From the human T2T-CHM13v2.0 reference genome, Homo sapiens, in NCBI RefSeq assembly GCF_009914755.1, contig NC_060926.1: DNA of 64,000 nt; one strand, given 5' to 3'. Under the pieces are notes generated by a model. That model was given only the letters and a program-made list of their open reading frames with translations, was not told where the DNA came from and did not search any database. Made by a program: the position numbers and the translations under genes. This document shows, piece after piece, positions 13,454 through 27,242 of this stretch (its first letter is position 1; each line of letters begins with the position of its first letter).

Positions 13454-15469
13454 TTAGTTCTTCCACGTTTCTCCCCATCACTTCTAGCTCTTCCTTTCTT
13501 CTATTCAGAGCTTTTATGGATTGATTTCTCACCTGATTATGGGTCACATTTTCCTGCTTCGTGACACGTGTAATAATTTTTATTGGTTCCTGGACATTAT
13601 GAATGTTGCATTAGAGTGTCTGTATTTTGTTGTCTTCATTTATAGAGTGCTGAGATTAGTTTTGACAGGCAGGTAAGTTATATGTAAATTAGCGTGATCT
13701 TTTCGAGGCAGTTTTATAATTTTAAGCTTTTAGAGCAGATGGAGAGTAGGTTTTCTGTAGTAAGTTAGCCCAGTGCCCAATTTGTGACCATTTTGGGGTT
13801 CTTACTGATTTTCTCATACATTTAGTGAGGTTTCTCTACTCTGGCTGGTGGGAACCAGCCCCGTGTGTTGTGATACTTATTCAGGTATTTAAGTGAAAGA
13901 GGACATATCAGAGTATAACTAGACAGAGAATATAAATAGAAAAGAGGTTTGAGAGGACTGAGGTCCTGGGGCAACCTGATGTTTAGAGGTGAGGAACATG
14001 AGGCACAATCAGTAAAGGAGATGGAGAAAGAATTGCCAGAAAGGTCAAAGTAAAAAAGGAAAAGTGAGAAGTCCTGGAAGGGAAACACACTGTTTTGTGG
14101 GGAAGGAATGGAACGTGCAATCATGTCAAATGCTATTGATAAAAGAAGTAAAAGGAGAAAAGTAATCACTGACAATTGGAATTGGAAACCTGGAGGCCAT
14201 AGGTGAACCAGCTGAGAATAGTTTCAGAGGAGTTGGTGGCAAAATCCTAAATAGAGCAGCCCAGGAGAATGGGAGAGGAAGAAGTAAAGACAGTGACTGC
14301 AGAAAACTCTTGCCAGAAGCTTTGCTTTAAAAAGAAGAAGAATGGACAACAGGCTTCCTGAATGCCAAGGTATTTAGCAAGCTCTTTGCATTAAGAACTA
14401 GAATGCTCTGCAAGCCTGTGTGAGCACCAAGAGTTGTTCAGCTTATTGTTCAGAAACTTCTTTGTGAACTTTTATCCTCTGTGTGCAGCCTAGTTTCCAG
14501 ATAAACATTGAGGAGTCCTCCTAGGCAGATTTCTGAGGCTTTCTTTCTGCCTGGCTCCCTCTCTGGTCCTCTGCCCCGAAATTTCTGGCTATCTTCACCT
14601 TCCTCCTCCAATTGTTGTCTCCTCCAGTTGGTGAGTCAGCCCTGCTTGGGACCCTTCTCCTTGTGCTGCGGTCCAGGAAGGACTCTGGGCTGAGATCATA
14701 GGGTTCATCTACTTTGTTTCCCACCTCTTAGGAATTACAGTCTTGCACTGTCAGTTGTAAAGTCTGAAAACAGCTATTTCTTTTATTTTTATCCAGTTTT
14801 CTAGTTTACAGTGAAAGGCAAGTCAGTACAGGTCCATCAGGGCTGGGGACCACAGGGGCAGTTTCACACGGAGTTCCGAGTCTGGCATGCCCGGCCTTTG
14901 TGATATGTAAAAGTCTGCATCTGAAATGGCCCTTCTTGGTTGTCGTGTTCACAGTCCCAATTGTAGGGCTGTGTCATGGATACGATTAATGAGATCCTGC
15001 CATTTTCAGAGTTGCTTCCTGAGGTCCAGGAGGGACTTCTTGTGTTTACATTTCTTATTACCCTGACTTTATTAATAGTGCACTTGTTTTGCTGCCTTCA
15101 TACCCACTGCCTCATGTAAGGGCTTTTGATTTCGCCTTTTAAAGGCCAGGGTGAGAGTGGCAGCTTACATGTGTACGGGCCATTTGTCTCTTTTTAAATT
15201 CCAGACAGTACACATTCCGTGCTTTTCCCTTGTGCACCACTCTGGCTACTAGACTAATCAGGACCTTGTCTACCAATTATCCACAAAATGAAATTTCGGA
15301 AAGTCTGCCTCTTTTAGAGACAACTTTCTTAAAGTGTTCCATGATACATCAATACCATCTAGCTACAAAAGTAAATACGCACAAAATATTTTATCTCAGT
15401 GGACATTTTAACTTGTTAAATAAAGCACTTTCTAGTTAGTGGTTTGCTCTGATTGGCATTTCTAAAAAC

Positions 15470-15940
15470 AACTTTATGAGTTATAACTTACAGACCATAA
15501 ATTCACCCATGTTAAGTGTACAACTTAAATGATTTTTAGTAAGTGTACAGAGATATGCAACCATCACCAAAATGTAAATTTAAAACATTTTTATTCCCCC
15601 AGTTAGATCCCTCATGCCCAAAGGCCCGCTCCCACCCCAGGCTCAGGCAACCAACACATCACTGTGTCTCCATGGATTTGGCTCCCTTTCTGGGCATTTG
15701 ACACAAATGGAATCACATAACATGTGGCCTTACGTGTCTGGCTTCTTTATATTTTTGAGATTTATCCATGCTGTAGCATATTCATTCTCTTTTGTTGCTA
15801 AAATAGTATATATTTTTTTACCGTATAGCTGTATCCTATTTGTTTACAGTTGATGAGCACTTGTGTCATTTCCACATTTTGGCTATTAATAATACTGCTA
15901 TGAATGTTCTCATGCAAGTCTTTGTATAGATGGGCATTTA
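15470..15940 (-). mobile_element. Old L1M (L1MC/ME-like) 3' end fragment
   Basis: aaattcacccatgttaagtgtacaac...gcaaccatcacca...atggaatcacataacatgtggcc pattern of antisense L1M 3' UTR. Confidence 0.65.
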
Positions 15941-16938
15941 TTTTTAAAGCACTTTTCTAAGAAAGGAAATAATTTATACTTTGGAAATTTCATATCAAGA
16001 ATTAATTGTATACAGTTAGTTGGTCTGGATAATTGAAATCTTCTCACTCTATTCTTTAACTTATAAACAGAGTCCCTGCTCCACAACTCTCCCTAAACTA
16101 ACTTCTTGCAGAGTTCAATTTTAATGGTACAACTGGCTTGGTTGTCTTACTAGATTCTAAGTTTCTAATCAGTTGGCCCCACAATTCTTCTTTTCCTAAA
16201 TCCCCAAGGCTAGTGCTTTTTGACTGTTTCCTGCACCTAGATGCAGAATGTTTAAAACTGAGCCCATCATGTTCCTCCCTGAACCTATTCCTAATCCATT
16301 ATTTCTAATCTCACCATTGAGCCACCCTTTCTAACCACTTCCTCCAGCCAAAAACCTGGAAGCCACCCCAAATTCTTCTATATCCAGTTGGTCACAAGGC
16401 TCACCCATATTTGATTATGTCATCTCTTATTCAATAGCATTTAAGGACTTATTTGAAATAAAGTTAAATTCTTTATCTTATCCTAGGAAAACTCGGTGAT
16501 CTGCTTCTCATTTCCCTCTCTCCAGCTTCATCTTTCAACACTTCACCTGGCCCTCCCTCCTACTGCCCCTTGCCCCACATCCCACGCTCCAGCAGCTAAA
16601 GCTTTTTCATTTGATCAGTATTTATTGAGACCTGTGATGTGCCAGGCATCATACCAAGCCCTGGACTTACAGGAGCACGTGCTTCCTAGCTCCATAGAAC
16701 ATACTCTTTAGTGGGGAAGACAAAGCAGTTATTTTAATAAAGGTGAGATGTATTCTGTTGGGGGAAATGGTATGGGTTGTCACAGAAACTTGCAGCACAA
16801 GGAGTGAAACTCCTCTGGGGAAAGGGAAGCTGAGGCTTGGAGGATGGGTGGGATCCCGTCAGGTGAAAGGGAGGCAAGAAGAGCTCTCTGTCCTCCTGGG
16901 TTTCTGGTAATATCACCTACAATGCTTTTTTCCCCAAG

Positions 16939-17136
16939 GCTATCTACAAAATGGTAGGCACTGTGATCATGATGAAAATGAATGAGGATGGCCTGACGCC
17001 TGAGCAGCGAGTAGACAAGATTTTCAGCAAGATGGATAAGAACAAAGATGACCAGATTACACTGGATGAATTCAAAGAAGCTGCAAAGAGCGACCCTTCC
17101 ATTGTATTACTTCTGCAGTGCGACATCCAGAAATGA
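16939..17136 (+). CDS. VSNL1: VSNL1 last coding exon (EF-hand 4, C-terminus, TGA stop)
   Basis: Acceptor tttttttccccAAG (AG 16937-38). Reads [65 protein letters not shown], in frame with the previous exon. Confidence 0.97.
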   Translation, partial: AIYKMVGTVIMMKMNEDGLTPEQRVDKIFSKMDKNKDDQITLDEFKEAAKSDPSIVLLLQCDIQK

Positions 17137-17194
17137 GCTGATGTCAATGCTATGGACTGCACAAAAGTCTCAATGTTCCATTCAGTCTGCAGCT

Positions 17195-17197
<3 letters not shown>

Positions 17198-17251
<54 letters not shown>
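17198..17251 (+). repeat. (CA)27 microsatellite in VSNL1 3' UTR
   Basis: Uninterrupted CA run starting 62 nt after the stop codon. Confidence 0.97.
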
Positions 17252-17253
<2 letters not shown>

Positions 17254-18167
17254 TATTGCTTGGACTACCTATAAATGGACTTGCTTCTTGTGTTTGAAAC
17301 ACTCGTGTGCATGAGAATGTCATTTGCTAATGAATTTTAAAAGCATATATAAAACAAAACAAACAACCTGCCACAATGTGATATGTGTAATATCATTTCA
17401 TAAAAATCCCTCTTCCTCCAAAGCCTGGGCAGAAATGTGCTGCAAAGAGTTATATGACTTCTTGTTCATGTTTTGCTAATGCTCGTATCTCCTTGATTAC
17501 ATAATGTTAGTAGCACTGAGACCCCCATGGTAATGTAACTTAATTATAAGCTATGTCACTACCCTCCTGTAAAATACTATTGGACAGACACAGAGGGACC
17601 CTTGGCTCCTGTGTCTGGTCCACACACCACAGAAGCTTGTATTATCAGTGAATATAAATGTACTACATTTGCATGCCTTTTGGGTTTGCCTTAATTCTTA
17701 CCTCATTTGCATCCTATCGATCTGGAAAGAGCTGTTTTGGATGAATGCAGTATAAAATGTAAAAACCCTGCTAAATGACTTATTGATTAAGTATATCTAT
17801 CTATATATACATATACACAAAGATATTATTTATCGAAAGTAAAAAAGATGGAAGTGTATTGGTTTCTGTTTGAATTTTCAAAGGCTTCCAATGTGGTGGC
17901 AATAAATGTCCCAAATAAATTTATAACAATTGATTTTCCCCCTAATTCTTATTTTATAATTTTAAAATTGCAGCAGTTGCTAGCAACAACTTACTAAATC
18001 TACTCTTAAATATACAACTTTGGAATTTGAAGAATTAATGACAACAAAAGGGAAAAAAGCAACTTTCCAACTTTTCATCCAGGCTCCCAAAAGAGGGACA
18101 ACGAACATGGCATGTGAAAAGTAAAACAGATTTGTTCATTCCGAAAAAAAAATGTTCATTCTATGAC

Positions 18168-18173
18168 AATAAA
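18168..18173 (+). terminator. VSNL1 distal polyadenylation signal AATAAA (proximal candidates at 17901-17906 and 17914-17919)
   Basis: Canonical hexamer with GU/U-rich sequence downstream. Confidence 0.7.
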
Positions 18174-18467
18174 TTTTATCTCAGTGTGACTTTGGTGCTA
18201 ACAACGTATGTTCAGTGCAACTATGTGGAGCTGTGCACACACAGCAGGTAGGCTGCAGGTGTCCCCCAACATAAGTCAGTAGGAAAGAAGACATCTGTCT
18301 TCCCAAATCTAAAGTAGGCAAAAAATAACAGAAGTAGCTATTTTTAATAACAGAACAGAACTCTGACTCTTTTGATCTTGAAGGAGGCAGAAGAGATTCC
18401 ATCAAAACCTCTAAAAGCAGGTTTGCATTTTCAGAACATGCCCCCCTAGAGAGTTGAGTTTTTTACA

Positions 18468-18656
18468 CAGCACTGCCCGGTAGTACTTTCTCTGATGATG
18501 GGAAGGTCTACATCTGCACAGCACGCTAGCTATAACTGCACATATGGCTACTGAGCACTTCAAGTATGGCTAGCGTGACTAAGGAACTGAATTTTATACT
18601 GTAATTAAGTGTAATTTGCCACATATAGCTAGTGGCTTTAGTAACAGACAGTTTAG
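18468..18656 (+). mobile_element. MER3-like hAT-Charlie MITE
   Basis: cagcactgcccggtagtactttctctgatgatggga...ggctactgagcacttcaagtatggctagcgtgactaaggaactgaatttt...gctagtggct matches recalled MER3. Confidence 0.7.
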
Positions 18657-19865
18657 TGCTATATTATTTATTCAAGTACTTTTTATCAAATTCGTTTTTT
18701 ACCGAATTCGTTTTTTACCATTCTTTATTTGTCTTAGGATCATTACATAACACTAAACTAGGGTCTAATGATTCTATTCATTCATTTAACAAGAAATGGT
18801 GACCTCATTACAAACACTTAGGACACCAGTGGTCCTGAAACACTGATAGAACCAAAATTCTGCCCTGACAAGATAGTCTTACAAGTGAATAGAATGTCCT
18901 AATACCCTTCACCCTTGTGCATGTTGAGCCCAAACTGTAGGCAGGGAGAGATCAGGGAGGCTCAGTACATCTCAAGACTCCTTCCTCACTAAGTGAGGAT
19001 GGGTAGGTGAGGAGATGTGGACTGCTTCAGAATGGCACCCGGTTAAACCAGGCCCTGAGTAATTCATTCATAACAATTCTTCATTGGTCACCTACTGTGC
19101 ACCTAACATCATTCTTGTGTGGAGAGGGATACACACTAAATACACACACAGACAAATGGCGAATTATAATACCTATGAAGAAGAGCAGGGCAGGATAACA
19201 GGGAGGAGAGGGATGGGATACTTTGGTGGCCCTTCCCTATAGGCTGGTGAGGTGACATCTGAAGAAAGAACTTCGTGAAACGAAGTGAACTGTATCTGGG
19301 GCGCTTATGGAAAACAAACCCTCTAGCAGACTCACTGGTTGTTTTTATAAATAAAATGTAGAAGCTGGGCCAGCAAGCAAGCATCTTGTTATTTGCCTAA
19401 GTCCCTGCTGTTGTAAGAGTGTGGACTGGTGCAGTGATCCTGGAGAGATGGCCAGCAGCGGGTAGCTAGAAGTATACTATTCCCTCTGTCCCAGCATTCC
19501 CACTCCAGGTGTATTATCCCAAGAAACTCCCACTGAGGGCTATAAGAGGACATATCCAAGGATGGTTGCGAGGTGGGTATCGGAGGCAATCTAGCGGTTT
19601 GTTGCTAGAGAAACAGGTAAGGAAAATACGGTGGATACACCCTATGGCATACTACACAGCAGCTGGAAACAACAGACTGATGGACACAGGGACAGGGACA
19701 TTTAAAAAATGCTGAATGGGGGGAAAAAGAGCAAAATATATTTCCCAGTGTTATAATCATACATAAATGAAAAGATGCATTCTCACAAAAGAACTCTAAG
19801 GTCACATAAAATAAAAGGAAATACCATATTATAATGGTTTCTATAGGATTGGGTGGTGATGGGAG

Positions 19866-22164
19866 TGGGTTCAGTTATTACTGTTCCATAACAACCTACC
19901 CCCAAACCTAGTGGCTTAAAATGAAAACAATCATTTTATTATTCTTCCTGGCTTCTGTGGGCCAGAAAATTGAAAAGGAAGGGCTCAAATGGATGATTCT
20001 GCCTCATGGTCTCTCATGCAGTTGCAGTCAGGTGGCAGCTGGAGCTGAAATGGGCCTGGAGCAGCTGGGGGCTGATTGGGGATTTCTGCGCTTGCAGTCT
20101 CAGGAGGAGTCATACTACTTACAAAGGGACTCTGGTCTCCAGCACAAGTATTCATGCAAAGTCGGAAGTTTCATCACCTTTTCTGACCTAGCCTCTGAAG
20201 TCACGAAGTATCACTTCCACAGTATTCTACTGGTAACAAGAAAGCCGCTAGCCCATCCACATTCAAGAAGGGAATCAGACTCCATCTCTTGATGGGGTGA
20301 GGCAAGGTTCTAGACGAATTATGTGGCATAAAAGATACTGTTGCCATCATCTTTGGAAAACAATCTGCTACAGTCTACCTTGTGGCCACAGTTCACATCC
20401 TTTCCCATGCAAGATTGTTCATCCCCTCCCAAGAAACCACAAAAGTCTCATACCATTACGACTTCAGGGTCAGGCTTGAGGCCCAAGATCTCATCATATA
20501 AAGCTCCTCAGATGTGGTTCTTCAATTATAGCACACTGAGTCACATTCTTCATGATCCAAAGGCTTGTGAAATAGAGAGAGAATTATCTCCTCTCTTCCC
20601 TTCCACATGCAATATGCAATGGTGGTACAGGCTTAGAATAACCGCAATAGACACACTATCCAAAAACGGGGAAAGGGAAAGCACATGGCAATCTCTGGTC
20701 TATGGCAGTTCTGAAATCCAGCCAGGTACACCCTGTAAGGTCCTTGACTAGGGTTTGGTCCTACTCTCTGGGGTTTTTTCTCCATGATTCTTCCTCTGCT
20801 TTCTGTGTTTGTTTCTACCCTCTGGGCCATCCTTTCTTTTTCATTAAAAAAAAAAAAAATTGTGTTTACAGCTGAGTAGTTTTCTCAGTCTACTGCCTGC
20901 CTATACAATTCCAGGAGTAGAAAGACTCTTCATTTTGCACTGTCTCTTTGTCTTTCGGTCTAAGCTGACATTCTTTTAAAAACCTTATGGGTTTCTCAAG
21001 TGTCAGTTTATGAAATCCACTCCATTAGCAGAGGCTCATTGTGAGAACACCCCTAATAATCAGAGAAGCCCTACTGTTTAATGGAGGGAACCTGAAAGGC
21101 ACATCTTTAGAAGGCAGACTGCTGCCTGTCTGAAAAGGTCTAAAAATACTGCCTTACATCTTTCTGAGGTCCTCACAGAGGATCTTACAGTCCCATCCTG
21201 GATTGGACTTTTGCACTGAAGCCATTTTGTATTTGAAAATCAGTTTTCCCCTTGAAGAGAGTCTGGGAATGAGAAATAGTCTCACCTCCTTTATATGCAA
21301 TTGCTTTTCTTCATTCATCTCTCTTCTCACATTGTGTCACAGGCAGCAAAGAGCAGCCAAGGGGTCCTTTTCATACTGTGTCTAGACATCTGCTTGGCTA
21401 GATCACCTTACTTATTGGGTACATCTCCTATTTTCCATGTTACCATGGCATCAGTATTGCCAAACACCTTTTCTCCCACTCTCAATTCCTTCAGCTCTCC
21501 CCAAAAATATCCTTGAGACTTCAGGCCTCTGCTAACAGCTTCTGCAAGGCCCTTTAGATTCATGCACAGTCTCGAGGCCCTTCCACCGAGTGCCACATAG
21601 CTTATTTTTATTTTGGTACTTATACTTCCAGATACCAGTTACTATCACTGTATAACAAATCACTACAAAGTTTAGTGACCTAAAATGATGACTGAATTAT
21701 CTCTGAGTTTTTGTGGGCCATGACTTCTCAAATGATTCACTTGGGCAGCCTGGCTTGGGACCTCTCAGGTAGTTATAGGGAGATGGTGAAACAGAGGGTC
21801 TGGAGCAACCGAGGGCTGGCGGGGCATCTCTCGCTGTCCATGCAGCCTCAGGCTTTCTTCAAATGGGCTAGTTTAGGCTTTCTCATTGTGGCCGCCTCAG
21901 GGAAGTCGGACTGCCTCCACGCCAGCACAGGGCTCCAGCATGGGTATTCCACAGCTCAAGGCGGGACTTTCATTCCTTTTCATTGCCTTTCTGGCCCAGC
22001 CTTGGGAATTACAAAGTATCATTTTCACTGCATTCTGTCGGTTATAAGAGAGTTACAAATCTAACCAGATTAAGAAGAGAATTAGACTCTGTAAGGCAAG
22101 GTTCTGGGAGAACATGGGAGGGATTTATCCTTGTGGCCATCTTTGGAAAATACAACCTGTTACA
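19866..22164 (-). mobile_element. Two-LTR MaLR element (MLT1G/H-like): LTR ~19866-20372, internal ~20373-21635, LTR ~21636-22164
   Basis: Two diverged ~500-bp direct repeats share start (cagtta..actg..ataacaa..tagtg..taaaatga) and end (catctttggaaaa(ta)caa.ctg.taca), flanking MaLR-internal-like sequence. Confidence 0.75.
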
Positions 22165-22499
22165 GTGGATAAAGAATGAAGATAAAAGGAAATAAGTGAT
22201 TGCTGCATGCCCCAGTGCTGAAGGTAGCCATTAGCTGATGTGCACATTTAACTAAACCCTCTGCGACTGAGTTCCATTTAAACACACATTGTATCTCAGC
22301 AACCTGAATCCTCGCTGACCTTGATATCCTAACCAGCTACTGCGGTTCCTTCAGAAAGGACTAACTGCGGGCTTCCTTTAATCAACTGGGCCTGGGTTCT
22401 ACTGGTTCTAGCTTACACTCAACTGCCATTTTAATTACCATGTTAATTAGCTGTTTAAGCCCTGCTGCTGTTCTGAAGGGAAAAGGCTCCCAGGTGTCT

Positions 22500-22790
22500 T
22501 TTTTATTTTTTTCACAGAGTCTTGCTCTGTCACCCAGGCTGGAGTGCAGTGGCACAATCTCAGCTCGCTGCAACCTCCACCTCCTGGTTCAAGAGATTCT
22601 CCCACCTCAACCTCCCGAGTAGCTGGGATTACAGGCATATGCCACCACGCCTGGCTAATTTTTGTATTTTTAGTAGAAACAGGGTTTCACATGTTGGCCA
22701 GGCTGGTCTCAAACTCCTGACCTCAGGTGATCTGCCCACCTCAGCCTCCGAAAGTGCTGGGATTACAGGCGTGAGCCACCATGCCTGGCC
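22500..22790 (-). mobile_element. Alu (AluS-like)
   Basis: Antisense dimeric Alu; near-TSD cccaggtgtct (22489) / cccaagtgtct (22796). Confidence 0.93.
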
Positions 22791-23989
22791 AACCCCCCAA
22801 GTGTCTGATTTTCTATACTTTGTCTAGCCTCAACTCTTTCTGCATTTAGAAGTCCTAAGTTTCCATATTTCCTCTCATTCTGTAAATAACTCTTAACTAT
22901 TTTAAAAGGGAAATCATACTGCTTTAAGGCCTCATTTTTCCTGTAATTCATTCATTCAGGGTTACAGTCTCTGGATGAATATAAACTAGTTTCTTAGAGT
23001 CCAGATGCTTATTTCTTCCACACGGTTGGAAATCACATCAAGAAGTAAAGCACAGGCTTAAAAAGACATCTTCAGAGAGCCTCACGGCAAAGGATGTACA
23101 GGGGTCTAGCAAGAAATGGTCAATCAGAGCTTCTAAGTAAAATGAGAAACTGTTTCCTGAGCTTCTTTTTCGAAAACAATTAAGTTTCCCACATAGTTTG
23201 GGCATGCAATTTGAATTTTTTCCCAGCATTTTGCAGGTCTTCAGTATCCTAAGTTATATTATTATTTTCCAAGTTCTTACATTTACCAATGTAAAGTTAC
23301 CCATCAAGTAGGTGATTAACTAGCTGGTTAGTATTCACACAGTTACCTCAAGGTTGCATACTCAGCCCAGAGCTTTCATCTCTCCACAGGGCAGTCTGTT
23401 ACTCCCTCCACTTCTGCATTGTTCCTGCCTCTGTGAATGAATCATTATTCATCCAGCTATTTAGGCCTCAGGCCCCAAGAAAATTATCCTTGATTCCTCT
23501 CTCACAACTCCAGTATTCTCATCGGGAAGTCTTGCTGCCTCTCTATTTCAAATCTGAATGTTTCTGTCTCCACCACCTTAGTCCAAGTCACCATGACCCC
23601 TTACCTGGACCACTGCAAGTCTCCAAATTGCTCATACTCTTTCCATGTTTGCTCCACTTTAATCTATTCACACAGCAGCCAAAGGATTCTTTTAAAATGC
23701 ATACACCAGGTCTGTTACTTACCATAATTTTAGGGCCTCCAATGATCTCGGTCTGCCTACCTCTGAAGTTCACCCCCTACCAATCCTCCTTCCTCACTAA
23801 GCTCTATCAACACTGGCCTTACAATTCCTAGACATGAAGTTCATTCTTATCTCAAGCCCCACGCACTCATTTCTTCTGCCTGGAAGCTTTGCCTTGCACA
23901 TTTTCCTCCTCATGGCTTGTTCTATCACTTGTTTCAGGCCTCTGCTCAAATATTGCCTTCTGTAGCCTTGACACTCCATTCAAAATACT

Positions 23990-24348
<359 letters not shown>

Positions 24349-25554
24349 TCATAAGAATTACCAGTCACTGAGATTATGTACGGTATTGCTTGTCTAACTA
24401 GATTTCAAACTCCATGAGGACAGATTTAGTATTTTTAAATATGTGTGTAGCATTTTAAGTACTACAGTCTTCCCAGTAATTAAAAAAGTCCCTAGCTCAT
24501 GGCAGGAACTTAATCATTTTTTAATGAATTAATCTCTACATTTTCAAACTGGAGAAAAATTAGGCAGAAAAAGCCCTGTTAAGCTTGCTATAATTAGTGA
24601 GTACACTCAGGCCACTCCTGTTTGCATGGATTCTATCCAGACGCCAATGCCAAAATTAGCATGCTAACTATCAATATTATATATGCTTTAGAAAACTTTA
24701 TTTGCTGACTCAAAGAAACAGCTTATTTATATCCACATTATTACTTTGCCAACCCTTAAGTAACAAAACCTGTTCCTATAAATATTTTGATATATCTTCA
24801 AGTCCATGGGCATTCAGTTCAAGCCATGAAACACTGGTAACTACACTTTTAGGACTGCAAATTTCAAACCAAGTTCTCCTGAAAATCTGAACTGGTCAAA
24901 GTAGAAGGCATACATGTAGATGCATAGCTAAGTCATAAATGTAACCAAAAAAGTATTGCCCCAGCACAAAGTTTATAAACATTTTCTCCCCCACACCCTG
25001 CATCTAGTTTGCACTCAGGAGAACTTTTAATCAGATATTCTAGACCACTTGGTTTTCATCAGAGTCGGCAACATTTCTAATCCAATTCATGACTACCAGC
25101 CAACAGCTTTCTACACAGAATTTAAACATTTTGGTCTCATAAACAGCCCAGACATGAGGAAGACATGCCCCCCTGCCCCCGCAAAACAAAAAAGCACTAG
25201 GAAATGGAAGAAATGAGACACGAAAACTTGGAAAATATTTAAGAAGGCAATTACTGAATCTTTAGTGTTGATCACTAATTTGAATAACTATATTATTTAC
25301 ACTTTGGTTTATGAAAACTCATCACATTTGTCACTTTAAGAATGATTTTAATCATTTCTACTCCCAAAGATTTCAGAAGGTTAAGATTTAAGATCCAAGT
25401 AAGCCTTTATTATTTTCTGGAACTTCATTCAGTGATAGCTGCATTGATGACAAACTAGGGGTTGAAGAGTCACCTGTGTGATGTATTTAGGTCACGATTC
25501 ATGGAGGATCAATTTAGTCAATTACTTTCCCCAATTCACAAAAGCATGACCTTA

Positions 25555-27242
25555 ATACATATAAATTTTAAGTTTTATTTTTAGAAGTTACACATATTTT
25601 AAAAGAACAATTTCTTTTTATTCTTTCATTCTAGTAATATTATCACTACTTAGAACATTAAAGGAAGATATTTTCACTTATGATAGTTGAAATCAAAACT
25701 TTGTGAGGCCAAAGCAATGAATAATCTTCAATTCAACAAGAGATGCTGGGATACCTGAGGATTATGTTTCCCGTTCTGTATGAAAGAGCACAACATTCAA
25801 AACTACAACAAAATTCAGACATGAGTTCCTTAGCTAATGAAAGTTTATGCATTTGGTATACTCTACTTCATTTTTAATTTGGAAAAGCACATGTTAAAAA
25901 TAATTTTAATACAAAGGCATTATAAGTGTAAATTTAAAAATCAGACTTTGTATGATCAGTGGGAAATGTTTAAAATATTCAGCACACACTTTCCTCCTCC
26001 TGGAAATTCTGATTAGAAAGCCCAAGTTTTTGAACTTCTCATTTGGCAAACCTCAATTTAAGACTAAAGTATCTTAAACTTCTTCCTCCACCAAAAACAC
26101 AAACAAAGTCCAGTTTTCCTCAATAACTAGAGAACAGTCCCTGCTCTTAATATACTGCCCTTTTTCTGAAAATAGTTCAATTTCATATTTATTCTAATAT
26201 TTATTGCTACTAATGTAAGGAATGCTTCTTGATATCCAATACATTCTTAAAAAGTTTAGCATGAATCCTAGTATCAAACAAATAATACAGGGAGCAATAA
26301 AATTCATGTTTTCTAAAATAAAAAGTTCATAAATATCATTTTTTACAATAACTATATTTGGTCATTCTAAGCAGCACACTTTTTAACACCCCTCAATTAG
26401 GATGAGTCTTAGAATTGATGTCAGCTCACCATCAACTGCATGGCCTCAGGCTCCTGGAGCCATGAGCTACTCTCCTGCTCCATGAGGATCCACCCTCCAC
26501 TCCCAGTTTTCCCAGCCCTTCTCCCAGCCTGGTTCTGCACAGTCCCTCTAGCCTGTGTCCTCTCAGCTGAGGACAAGCCTGAACAGTCCCTGGACTGCAA
26601 ACTGAGGGCTTTTAAATCAGGCAAGCATGATGGAGGTCGGAGTGAAAAACTGCGTCATTATCCAGTTCTGATACTGGTTATAAGCTCTTGGTAGGGTGGA
26701 CAGTTAAAGGACTGCAAAAAAGGCATGTGTAGAAGTTGGCAAAGCTTCAGTGTTCCGTACAAGTGTCTTATTCCCTTGCACCCCACCCTCTGCAATGAGA
26801 AATCCCTCCCTTCAACCATTTTTGGTAACTATAGAATGTAATATCTGGAAAAGCAAAACTAAATATAATCAGGTGCTCAAACTTTTATTTTCTTACAAAA
26901 TGTTATAGAAATGAACCCAAACTAAACAGATATGTACATGTATATATGTACAAAATTTTACTTCTGAAAAAGAACCTATAAAAATAGATCGTATTAAAAA
27001 AACTTAAAAAGATTTAAAACCAATACTATGAAATTGATTTTCTTAAAGTAATAGTAATCTTAAATTGCTGGTTGTAGTTGGTTTTCCAGGCTTATTTATA
27101 TGTTTGATTGTGGTTGGATATATAAAGGAGTTTCTTTCATTTCAGAATGCCTCCAGTCTCATTTTATTATATCAAAGAGTCCAGAATTTTTTTTCCCTTC
27201 ACAAATCCTTCAACATCAGGACAAGGCATGTTAAGTTACAAA
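25555..27242 (-). other. SMC6: SMC6 3' UTR (distal end approximate)
   Basis: AT-rich sequence after the stop with several minus-strand AATAAA (plus-strand TTTATT at 27163, 26884, 26200, 26188, 25617, 25574, 25406). The distal end is inferred. Confidence 0.6.
25574..25579 (-). terminator. Candidate distal SMC6 polyadenylation signal AATAAA
   Basis: TTTATT on the plus strand; one of several candidates. Confidence 0.5.

Larger units (their letters stand above)
17137..18190 (+). other. VSNL1: VSNL1 3' UTR (end approximate)
   Basis: AU-rich sequence with no recognisable transposon after the stop, ending near AATAAA 18168-18173, which is followed by a GT-rich downstream element (tcagtgtgactttggtg). 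Confidence 0.75.
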
